Shown here piece after piece: positions 1 to 7,874 of a stretch of DNA of 45,375 bases. The position numbers were made by a program, and so were the translations under genes. The notes below the pieces were generated by a model that worked only from the letters and a program-made list of their open reading frames with translations, was not told where the DNA came from and ran no database searches. This DNA comes from an uncultured Phycisphaerales bacterium (GTDB lineage: Bacteria > Planctomycetota > Phycisphaerae > Phycisphaerales > SM1A02), in contig CALKEP010000037.1 of NCBI GenBank assembly GCA_938084645.1, forward strand, positions 1 to 45,375, given 5' to 3'. Every line of letters starts with the position of its first letter. Positions within the stretch are counted from its first letter, which is position 1.

Positions 1-1
1 T

Positions 2-175
2 GGATTGGGGCTCGTTCTCGCCTACATCGGCTGGCAGGTCGATGATCGCGCGATGATCAGGGAAGGGCTCGACACGATGAAGGGCTCCAGACGCGAGGGG
101 CTCATCGAGGGCCTTGAGGTCGTCTGGCTCGCAAGTCCATCGAAGGATGGGGAATCCCCCGCCCAGGCGAAGTGA
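2..175 (+). CDS. 3' end of a hypothetical protein (truncated by window edge)
   Basis: Open frame from base 2 (GLGLVLAYIGWQVDDRAMIREGLD...AQAK) to TGA at 173-175; GC-rich third positions. Confidence 0.55.
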   Translation, partial: GLGLVLAYIGWQVDDRAMIREGLDTMKGSRREGLIEGLEVVWLASPSKDGESPAQAK

Positions 176-275
176 GGGCCGGTAAGAGCGGCCCTGCTCA
201 CGCTCCCCGCCGGCAAGCTCGAACTCGGGTGTCGATTGCTGGACTCGGCTTCCAAGCGGCGCCGATGAACGATGT

Positions 276-590
276 ATGAGTCTCTCCGGCGTACCTCCCG
301 AGATTTCGGCCCTTCAGGCCACGCAGGCCCAACGCGAAGCCGCGAAGGCCCGGGACCGATCGCGCTTCGCATCGGAGCGTGGTCGTCGGAACGAGGAAGA
401 CTCCACGAAGTTTCGAGTCTCGGAACTTGAGGATTCCGCGGAGATCCGCGGGCTCGATGAAGAGGACTCGAACGCCGATGAACGGGGGCGACGTCGCCGC
501 GAATCCGATCAGGAAGAGCGGGCTTCCCGACTGAAGAAGAACGACGATGCTTCCGGGGAAGACGCGTCGCACATCGACATCACGGCCTGA
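276..590 (+). CDS. Small charged hypothetical protein
   Basis: 104-aa ORF, E/R/D-rich, ends in HIDITA; fills the gap before the convergent metF. Confidence 0.7.
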   Translation: MSLSGVPPEISALQATQAQREAAKARDRSRFASERGRRNEEDSTKFRVSELEDSAEIRGLDEEDSNADERGRRRRESDQEERASRLKKNDDASGEDASHIDITA

Positions 591-630
591 TCGCGATCCC
601 GTCCCCGATGACGAGCCGGGCTCGTGCTGG

Positions 631-1527
631 CTATCGCCGCAGGTTTCGAGCGCTTCGAATGCCCAGGCTTCGATGAATGCGAAGGGTCGCATCGGACTTG
701 TTCAGCGTGTAGAAGTGGATCCCGTCGACTTCGTGGTCGAGAAGATCTCGGCATTGCTCCGACGCCCAGTGGAGTCCGATCTCCGCGACTGCTTCCTCGT
801 CATCTTCGCCGGCGCGGGCGAGCGCCCGCTGGAGTGACGCGGGGAACACCGTGCCCGCGGCGAGACCGGCCATGCGCTTCACGCTTCGGCGAGTGCTGAT
901 CGGCATGATCCCGGCGATCACCGGGATGTCGATGCCCTCGAGACGACAGCGGTCGCGCCAGTCGAGAAACGCGTGGTTGTCGAAGAAGAGCTGGGTGCAG
1001 ATCCAATCCGCGCCCGCGTCCACCTTGGCCTTGAGATGCGCCATCCCCTCGAGCGTGTTGGGCGTGTCGGGGTGACCCTCGGGGAATCCCGCAACGCCGA
1101 TCCTGAAGGGGTGTCGATGTCGGTCACCGAAATGCTGGATGTGTTCGACGAGATCCGATGCATGATCGAAGTCGCCCGACTTCGGATCACTCCCATCCTG
1201 TGGCGGATCTCCCCGAAGGGCCAGGATGGCGGTGACTCCGGCCTCGGCATATCGCGTGAGGATCTCGTCGATCTCGTCCCGGGTGTGTCCGATGCAGGTG
1301 AGGTGGGGGACTGCGGGGATCTCCGTCTCCTGCAGCAGACGGACCACGAGGTCGTTCGTCCGTTCTCGCGTGGACCCGCCGGCGCCATAGGTCACCGACA
1401 CGAATGACGGCTCGAGGGGGACGAGTTCCGTGATTCGGCGATCGAGGTTCATCCAGCCCGCAGGAGTCGAGGGTGGAAAGAACTCGAACGAGATCGTCGG
1501 AGCGGTGTCGAGGGCCGGATCGTCCAT
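631..1527 (-). CDS. metF: 5,10-methylenetetrahydrofolate reductase
   Basis: ISFEFFPP, FVSVTYGAGGS, HLTC, LALRGDPP, FPEGHP, TQLFFDN and GIHFYTLN motifs; start re-set to ATG at 1527. Confidence 0.96.
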   Translation of the reverse strand: MDDPALDTAPTISFEFFPPSTPAGWMNLDRRITELVPLEPSFVSVTYGAGGSTRERTNDLVVRLLQETEIPAVPHLTCIGHTRDEIDEILTRYAEAGVTAILALRGDPPQDGSDPKSGDFDHASDLVEHIQHFGDRHRHPFRIGVAGFPEGHPDTPNTLEGMAHLKAKVDAGADWICTQLFFDNHAFLDWRDRCRLEGIDIPVIAGIMPISTRRSVKRMAGLAAGTVFPASLQRALARAGEDDEEAVAEIGLHWASEQCRDLLDHEVDGIHFYTLNKSDATLRIHRSLGIRSARNLRR

Positions 1528-1590
1528 CCTTGGATGATACGCGGGGTCCGGGTGATGTCCCAAGGTGAGGGGGGCGATAAGATCGTGGTG

Positions 1591-2247
1591 ATGACTTCCC
1601 GGCAGCAGATCCCCGGCCCCACCGTCAAGCGACTGACGCTGTATCTGCGCGAGGTCGACCGACGACTGGCGGCGGGCGAGACGCGGGTGAGCTCCCGAAA
1701 GCTCGGCGAAGGCCTCGGAGTCACGGATACCCAGATCCGGAAGGACCTCTCGTGGTTCGGGCAGTTCGGGCAGGCGGGTGTCGGATACCCGCTCGAGGAC
1801 CTGGGGGATCGGCTTCGGGCGATCCTCGGCAAGGACCGGACCTGGAAGACGGCGTTGGTGGGCGCGGGACGACTCGGCCAGGCGATCATGTCCTACGGAC
1901 CGTTCGCCCGCGAAGGATTCGAGATCGCCGCGGTCTTCGACGCCGATCCCGGACTGGTCGGAACGGAAGTGGTCGATCGTCGCATTCGGCCCATGGAGGA
2001 TCTCGATCGACTCATACGGGAACGGGACATCCTGCTCGGAATCGTCTCCGTTCCGAAAGAGGCGGCGCAGGCGACCGCGGATCTGCTGATCGAGGCCGGT
2101 GTCCTGGGAATCCTGAACTTCGCCCCGGTTCGCCTTGAAGTTGGAGATCGAGCGAGCGTGGTGACCGTAGACTTCTCGGCCCGGCTCGAACAGCTGGCAT
2201 TCCAGGTGTCTCTGGGCTTGAAAGGATCCATCGATGGCGATGAATGA
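1591..2247 (+). CDS. rex: Redox-sensing transcriptional repressor Rex
   Basis: IPGPTVKRLTLY, QIRKDLSWFGQFG..GVGY winged helix, GAGRLG Rossmann motif, GILNFAP. Confidence 0.95.
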   Translation: MTSRQQIPGPTVKRLTLYLREVDRRLAAGETRVSSRKLGEGLGVTDTQIRKDLSWFGQFGQAGVGYPLEDLGDRLRAILGKDRTWKTALVGAGRLGQAIMSYGPFAREGFEIAAVFDADPGLVGTEVVDRRIRPMEDLDRLIRERDILLGIVSVPKEAAQATADLLIEAGVLGILNFAPVRLEVGDRASVVTVDFSARLEQLAFQVSLGLKGSIDGDE

Positions 2248-2875
2248 TCGTGGTCGCGCATTTGGAATCACCGCCCTGGCGGCCCTCGTCACGGTGGGAT
2301 GTTCCTCGGCTCGACTTGGCCCGAACGAGGGAAGCATGGAGCGTGCGACGCAGATTCGCGACCTTCAGGACGAGGTCGCGGGGCTGGAAGCGGAACGCGC
2401 CCGACTGTCCATCGAGCTCGAAACCGCTCGCGCGGCGTCGGCTGACGGCGTGCTTCCCACGGGGCTGCCGACGCCGGTTCGCATCATCGAGGCGTCGGGA
2501 TCGGCGGTCCGGCTCGGTCGAGCGGGGGCGGAGCTCCGGCTCCGGGTACGGACCGAGGATGCACGGAGTCGCTTCGTGCAGACCACGGGTCCGGCGGCGA
2601 TCTCGGCGATCGGATTCGATGCCGACGGCAATGCCGTCGATCTCGGGGCCTGGGAGTTGGACGCGGTCCGATGGCAGGAAGGACTTCGGGAGGGCTTCAT
2701 GGGGACGGCCTACGCCCTCGACCTGCCGATCGTGACGCCCGACGTGCTCGGGCTCCGAGGTGACCCACCCATGGTTCTGGTTCGAACCGAGGTTCAAGAT
2801 CCGCGGTCCGACACCCCATACCGCACCGAGTTCGCCGTCCCGGTGATCGATGCCATGGAAGGAGGCGCCTCGTGA
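2240..2875 (+). CDS. Putative lipoprotein with short coiled coil
   Basis: Hydrophobic signal and lipobox-like LVTVGC; overlaps rex stop. Confidence 0.75.
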   Translation: MNDRGRAFGITALAALVTVGCSSARLGPNEGSMERATQIRDLQDEVAGLEAERARLSIELETARAASADGVLPTGLPTPVRIIEASGSAVRLGRAGAELRLRVRTEDARSRFVQTTGPAAISAIGFDADGNAVDLGAWELDAVRWQEGLREGFMGTAYALDLPIVTPDVLGLRGDPPMVLVRTEVQDPRSDTPYRTEFAVPVIDAMEGGAS

Positions 2876-3123
2876 CGAAGCTTCCTCCATCCCGCATCGG
2901 TCGGATCAGTCTGGTCTCGGTCCAGATCCTCGCGCTCGCCCTCGGGCTCGTCGGGGTCGCTGGATCGACGGGGTGCCAGAAGCTGCTCTTCAAGGAGAAT
3001 GATCCCCGGACCCAGTTCGAGGTTCACGATCGGATGCGACAGCGGTACGTGCCGATCGAGGAGGAAGACGTCTTCGGTGAGCCGCAACCGGCGCTCCGTG
3101 CACGACTTTCGCCGAACACGTGA
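2872..3123 (+). CDS. Small putative lipoprotein
   Basis: GTGA overlap with upstream stop; hydrophobic stretch followed by GSTGC. Confidence 0.7.
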   Translation: MTKLPPSRIGRISLVSVQILALALGLVGVAGSTGCQKLLFKENDPRTQFEVHDRMRQRYVPIEEEDVFGEPQPALRARLSPNT

Positions 3124-3347
3124 GCTCAGGCAGGGTCCGGTATCATTCGCGCGGTCGTCCTCGGGCCGGCTGATTCGGCCCAATCCTCGGAGTTCATCCT
3201 CCCGGGCAGTGGTTCGGTGGATTCCCACGATTGACGAATGTTCGGTCCTCGTGCTGACCGATGAGAGGGAGGAGAGAACAGGGTTTCCCGAACGGCGGGA
3301 ACGACGCGTGGGGCGGATTCGCAAGGAACGCGGATCTGAATGAGGGC

Positions 3348-4049
3348 ATGGATTCCGTGACGCAGCATCAGGAACAGGTCGCTTCGGGAGGTTTCTCCCG
3401 TCCACAGATCGTCTGGATGGCGTTCATGGCGAGCATGACGGTGTTCTTCGCCTTCTTCATGCTCACCACGACGACGCCACGCGAGGGAATGGGTGATCTG
3501 CCGTCCGCCTCCGTCCTCGCACCATCGGACGCGGATCGAGCCCGGTCCCGGATGGGTCTCGAACCAGCACGAACCGCCATGTCGACGGCCTGGACCAAGA
3601 TCGTGGTCCACGACTCGGGCTTCTACTTCGACGATGCCGACGACATCGCTCGCCGGCACGTCAACCAAGGCAATCTCCGCGAGATCGGATATCACTTCGT
3701 GATCGGCAACGGCAATGGAAGCCTCGCCGACGGTCAGATTCATGTCACGACCCGATGGGACGCCCAGCGTGCCGGAGCGCACGTCGCCTCGCGACGCGGT
3801 GCCGATCCATCGGTCGCGGACGCGGTGAATCGGGTGGCGATCGGAATCTGCCTCGTCGGAAACGGGGATCAGAAGCGATTCACCCAGGCCCAGACCAAGT
3901 CACTCGCGCAGTTGGTGACGACCTTGCAGTCGCGTCTCGCGATCGCCGACGACGCGGTGCATCTCCACTCCGATCTGAGCGACGTGAACAGTCCCGGCCG
4001 GTACTTCCCCGTGGCGGAATTCGAATCGTTGCTGGCCGGTCGAGACTGA
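3348..4049 (+). CDS. Membrane-anchored N-acetylmuramoyl-L-alanine amidase (Amidase_2/PGRP-like) homologue
   Basis: N-terminal TM; IVVHDS, IGYHFVIGNG, GAHV, IGICLVGN and HSDLSDVNSPG motifs; start uncertain (3261 or 3348). Confidence 0.88.
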   Translation: MDSVTQHQEQVASGGFSRPQIVWMAFMASMTVFFAFFMLTTTTPREGMGDLPSASVLAPSDADRARSRMGLEPARTAMSTAWTKIVVHDSGFYFDDADDIARRHVNQGNLREIGYHFVIGNGNGSLADGQIHVTTRWDAQRAGAHVASRRGADPSVADAVNRVAIGICLVGNGDQKRFTQAQTKSLAQLVTTLQSRLAIADDAVHLHSDLSDVNSPGRYFPVAEFESLLAGRD

Positions 4050-4147
4050 TCGCCCATCGGTTCGGAACGAAGATGACCCGGCACGGTCTCTTCGCATCGA
4101 ACCGCCCCCGCCAACACGTCGCGACATCGCATTGAACGGGGATCGTC

Positions 4148-4987
4148 ATGTCGCATCCAGTCGAACTCTTCGGGTACCCGGTGGTCGGCCGGCTCGGTGA
4201 AGGTGCCGCAAGCACCATCTATCGAATTCGCGACCCGAAGTCCGGGACCGAGTATGCGATCAAGCATGTGGTGAAGCGATCCGACAAGGATCAGCGATTC
4301 ATCGACCAGGTCGTCGGGGAGCACCGGATCGGAACGTCGATCCGGCATGATTCGATCCGACGAATCGGGCGGCTCTTTCGGAAGCGTCGTCGATTCAGAC
4401 TGGTCGAGGTCGGCCTCGTGATGGACTTCGTCGACGCCCCCGCGCTCGACACGCTGCGGGATCTCTCGCCGCTCGAGCAGGTGCGGATCTTCATTCGGCT
4501 CGCGGAAGGTCTGATGGCGATGCACGATGCCGGCTACGTCCATGCGGACATGAAGCCGACCAACGTGCTCGTCGAAGGTGCCGATGTGCGGATCATCGAT
4601 CTCGGTCAGGCCTGCGAGATCGGCACCACGAAGGACCGCATCCAGGGGACACCCGGCTACATCGCGCCCGAGCAGGCACACCGTCGTCGAATCACGGAGC
4701 GAACCGACGTCTACAACCTCGGCGCGACGATGTACTGGGTCGTCTCAGGTCGCCTGATCCCGACGGCCCTGCCACCCAAGGGCGGGGAAGCCGAGGTCGC
4801 ATCCGGTCCGCTCGGCCCCGATCGGATCGCGACGCCGACCCCGCTCGTGGATCTGATGCCGGGTACCTCGCCCGAACTGTCGGACCTCGTCCAGGATTGC
4901 GTGCGGGTCTCACGCGGCGATCGTCCCGCGACCATGATCCCGGTGATCGATCGATTGCTCCGGATCGATCGCGCGTTGTCCCGCTGA
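4148..4987 (+). CDS. Cytoplasmic Hanks-type Ser/Thr protein kinase (non-RD)
   Basis: LGEGAAS loop, YAIK, VHADMKPTN, DLG, GTPGYIAPEQ and TDVYNLG motifs; no TM segment. Confidence 0.93.
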   Translation: MSHPVELFGYPVVGRLGEGAASTIYRIRDPKSGTEYAIKHVVKRSDKDQRFIDQVVGEHRIGTSIRHDSIRRIGRLFRKRRRFRLVEVGLVMDFVDAPALDTLRDLSPLEQVRIFIRLAEGLMAMHDAGYVHADMKPTNVLVEGADVRIIDLGQACEIGTTKDRIQGTPGYIAPEQAHRRRITERTDVYNLGATMYWVVSGRLIPTALPPKGGEAEVASGPLGPDRIATPTPLVDLMPGTSPELSDLVQDCVRVSRGDRPATMIPVIDRLLRIDRALSR

Positions 4988-5027
4988 CGCCTTGCGATTC
5001 GGACCGTCTTCGGCCACGATCGTTCGG

Positions 5028-5747
5028 ATGCGATCCGACCATCCCCCGCACCTCCTGCTCGATCTCGACGGAACGCTCGTCGACTCCGTCGATGGAATCC
5101 ATGCCGCGTGCGTGGTCGCCGCGTTGGAGATCGACCGCGAGGTTCCGTCGAGGGAGCTGGTTCTGCGGAGCATCGGACGGGGCGCGGACCGGCTTCTGCA
5201 CCGGATACTCCGACTCGACCACGAGGCCGACCTGCATCCGGCGATGCATGCGCGAGCTCGGGCGAGCTTCGATCGTGAATATCGCGATGCCTGTCTCGAC
5301 GGCACGGTGCTGCGGGAGGGGGTCGCCGAGTCGCTTGGCACGCTCCGTCGTCTCGGGCATCGCTTGTGGATCGCCACCAACAAGCCACGCGTTCCCGCCA
5401 CGCGGGTGATCGAGCGTCTCGGTCTCGATGAAATGATCGATGGAACGTGCTGTCCGGAGGACGCGGGGGTACTCAAGCCCGATCCGCGATTCGTCCGGAC
5501 GGTGCTTGAACGCGATCGTGGTGATTTGAATCGCACGATGCTGGTCGGCGATTCGAGCGTGGATGCGCAGACCGCCGAGAATGCGGGAATTCCTTTCGTC
5601 GCGATCCGGGGCGGCTACGACGAGGGCCGGGACATCGGACTTCGCACGCCCCCGCCGGATGCGGTGATCGATTCACCGCGTGATCTTCCGCAGGCGATCC
5701 TGGACGTGATGAAGCGATCCGGGATCGCCGACTCGGGGACCTCATGA
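5028..5747 (+). CDS. HAD-family phosphatase (phosphoglycolate phosphatase-like)
   Basis: DLDGTLVDS, ATNK, KPDP and VGDSSVD motifs. Confidence 0.92.
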   Translation: MRSDHPPHLLLDLDGTLVDSVDGIHAACVVAALEIDREVPSRELVLRSIGRGADRLLHRILRLDHEADLHPAMHARARASFDREYRDACLDGTVLREGVAESLGTLRRLGHRLWIATNKPRVPATRVIERLGLDEMIDGTCCPEDAGVLKPDPRFVRTVLERDRGDLNRTMLVGDSSVDAQTAENAGIPFVAIRGGYDEGRDIGLRTPPPDAVIDSPRDLPQAILDVMKRSGIADSGTS

Positions 5748-5751
5748 AGAA

Positions 5752-5785
5752 CGCGTCCGTCCGACTCGAGAGTCGGACGGACGCG
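5752..5785. terminator. Perfect 16-bp inverted repeat between convergent genes (possible bidirectional terminator)
   Basis: cgcgtccgtccgactc-ga-gagtcggacggacgcg; no U-tract. Confidence 0.6.
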
Positions 5786-5817
5786 GTGTCGTTCGAAAGG
5801 TCTTCGGCGATTCGAGA

Positions 5818-6285
5818 TCAGGACGCCTGGCGATCCTCGAGTCCGTTCGGACCGAGGTCATCTTCCGACTCGGCCTTCGGTTTCCCGCAGAAGACGTCGA
5901 AGGTCGTCTCGTCGAGCAGCGAGTTCATCGCCTGTTCGACGCGACCGATTCGATTGGAGAGATCACCAGGGGCGGAGATGCCGCAGATCTCGCTGCCCAC
6001 GAATGCCACGCGGCTGCTGTCCGGACGCTCGAAGAGCGACCAGACGTCACGAAGCGTGATCTCTTCGGGGCCCTTCGCGAGGGCGTACCCACCACCCGGG
6101 CCCGGAGAGCCACTGACGATGCCCGCCTGACTCAGGGTCGAAAGAAGTTTCGCGACGAAGGGGCGTTGCAGTCCTCTCCCGTCTGCGATGTCGGCGGCCG
6201 ACACGCGTCGGGTGGAGGGACCGTCCCAGAGGGCGGCCAGGTAACTCACTGCAGCAATGGCGGTCTCGGTTTGCTTGCCGTACAT
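5818..6285 (-). CDS. Rrf2-family transcriptional regulator
   Basis: SAADIA..LQRPFVAKLLSTLSQAGIVSGSPGPGGGYALAK..ITLRDV Rrf2 signature. Confidence 0.9.
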   Translation of the reverse strand: MYGKQTETAIAAVSYLAALWDGPSTRRVSAADIADGRGLQRPFVAKLLSTLSQAGIVSGSPGPGGGYALAKGPEEITLRDVWSLFERPDSSRVAFVGSEICGISAPGDLSNRIGRVEQAMNSLLDETTFDVFCGKPKAESEDDLGPNGLEDRQAS

Positions 6286-6418
6286 GGAATAAAGTCTCTT
6301 CAGATAGAAAATTCGGCGTTCATGCCGGGCAACGAAGAATCACGCACCCACCCCAAACGTTCGAAACGATCATAATTGATTTCAGGGCTTTGATACAAGG
6401 GGTGTTCGGAGGAAGGAC

Positions 6419-7405
6419 ATGAATCAGGACGAGATCAAGTTCGAACTGCAGATCACCACCACCGGCGCGATTCTCGAGCATGTGTTCGGCCCCGATGAAG
6501 AGCTCACGATGGGGAGGGACGAGTCGGTCGGAATCACCCTTCAAGATGACGCGGTGAGCCGGCGTCACGCCGCGATTCGGCTTCACGGCGGAAAATTTCT
6601 GATCAGGGATCTCGGTAGCCGGAGCGGGACCAATGTGAACTGGATCCGACTTGAAGACGAAGAATCCGTTCGGATTCGAACGGGGGACCGGATCCGATTC
6701 GGTTCAACGGAATGTCTTGTCCGTATTCCTGGGGGTGATGGACCGGATGAGGAGATTGCTCCGGAATCCCCGGAAATTTCCAGCCCGGAACGGGAGACCC
6801 GGACCGGTGTCGATGAGTTCAAGACTCGTGGAAGCCTCCTCCTTCGACTGAATGCTTCGGGGACCCTCGAACGTGAGATCGGCTGGCGGGATTTCTACGA
6901 CCGCTACGTACCGCTCATCAAGGGATTCGCGGGTAGGGCTGGAGCGGGGGGCGAAGAGGCCGAAGACGTCGCCCACGAGGTGGTGGCGAACTTCTTCCGG
7001 GCCTCTCATCGATTCGAATATGACGCGGCCCACGGACGTTTTCGGGGGTACTTGAAGGCGGCGACGCTCAATGCCATGCGGGCGCGATGGCGGAAGCGCG
7101 GCGACCAGGTGCGTCTCGGCGAGCAGGACGAGGTTCGAATCGACGACCCCGGCTACGTGGATGACGTGTGGGCCCAGGAATGGACGCGATCGGTCATCGA
7201 ACGTGCGCTCGAGGCGGTGCGATCGAGCGGGAACCAGAGCGAGCAGTCGTGGGAGGCGTTCGATCTCTACGGCCGTCGCGGTGTGCCGGCCGCCGAGGTG
7301 GCCGAACGCCTGTCGATGTCGCCCGAGGCGATCCGCCAGGCCAAGAGTCGGATCTCACGGCAGGTTCGAGCGGAGATCGAGCGCATCCGCACGGAGGAAG
7401 GCTGA
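6419..7405 (+). CDS. FHA domain - ECF sigma-70 factor fusion
   Basis: N-terminal FHA (GR, VSRRHA, DLGSRSGT); sigma2 (TRGSLLLRL, WRDFYDRY, EAEDV, GRFRGYL); sigma4 HTH (AEVAERLSMSPEAIRQAKSR); SD ggagg upstream. Confidence 0.9.
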   Translation: MNQDEIKFELQITTTGAILEHVFGPDEELTMGRDESVGITLQDDAVSRRHAAIRLHGGKFLIRDLGSRSGTNVNWIRLEDEESVRIRTGDRIRFGSTECLVRIPGGDGPDEEIAPESPEISSPERETRTGVDEFKTRGSLLLRLNASGTLEREIGWRDFYDRYVPLIKGFAGRAGAGGEEAEDVAHEVVANFFRASHRFEYDAAHGRFRGYLKAATLNAMRARWRKRGDQVRLGEQDEVRIDDPGYVDDVWAQEWTRSVIERALEAVRSSGNQSEQSWEAFDLYGRRGVPAAEVAERLSMSPEAIRQAKSRISRQVRAEIERIRTEEG

Positions 7406-7415
7406 TCGACCGATC

Positions 7416-7874
7416 TCAGGCGCGGCGATCGAGTTCGAGAAATTCGACGCCGGCTTCCTCGAACACCGCTCGACTCTTGTCGATCGACTCGAGCCAGTGG
7501 TCGTCTCCGGACTCGGGGAGATACGTCACCACGGTTCGAATTCCGGCCTGGACCACCGCGATCGCGCAGTTCACGCAAGGAAAGAACGACGAGTAGATCG
7601 CGCAGTCGATCGGGCTGACGCCGTTGCGGGCGCACTGGATGATCGCGTTCATCTCGGCGTGGACGATCAGGTCGTACTTGACCGGCCGCTCGAGTCGTTC
7701 GGGACGATCTTCGACGCCTCGGGGAAGTCCGTTGAAACCGGTCGACACGACCTGCTTGTTGGCGGAGACGATGACGGCGCCGACACCACGCGACGGATCC
7801 TTGCTCCAGGTCGCGATCTGCTCGCTCAAGGCGAGGAATCGTCGGTGCCACTTCTCATCGAGGGGGATGGTCAT
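7416..7874 (-). CDS. dCMP deaminase family protein
   Basis: WSKDPS.GVGAVI, GFNGLPRG, HAEMNA and PCVNC motifs; start overlaps fucosidase stop (ATGA). Confidence 0.92.
   Translation of the reverse strand: MTIPLDEKWHRRFLALSEQIATWSKDPSRGVGAVIVSANKQVVSTGFNGLPRGVEDRPERLERPVKYDLIVHAEMNAIIQCARNGVSPIDCAIYSSFFPCVNCAIAVVQAGIRTVVTYLPESGDDHWLESIDKSRAVFEEAGVEFLELDRRA

Noticed and set aside
1528..2337. N-terminal extensions in the ORF track (metF 568 aa; likewise desulfurase-like 746 aa, nuoA 276 aa, dCMP deaminase 321 aa)
   Set aside because: The extensions overlap other genes, and homology starts at downstream ATGs; these are not true fusions
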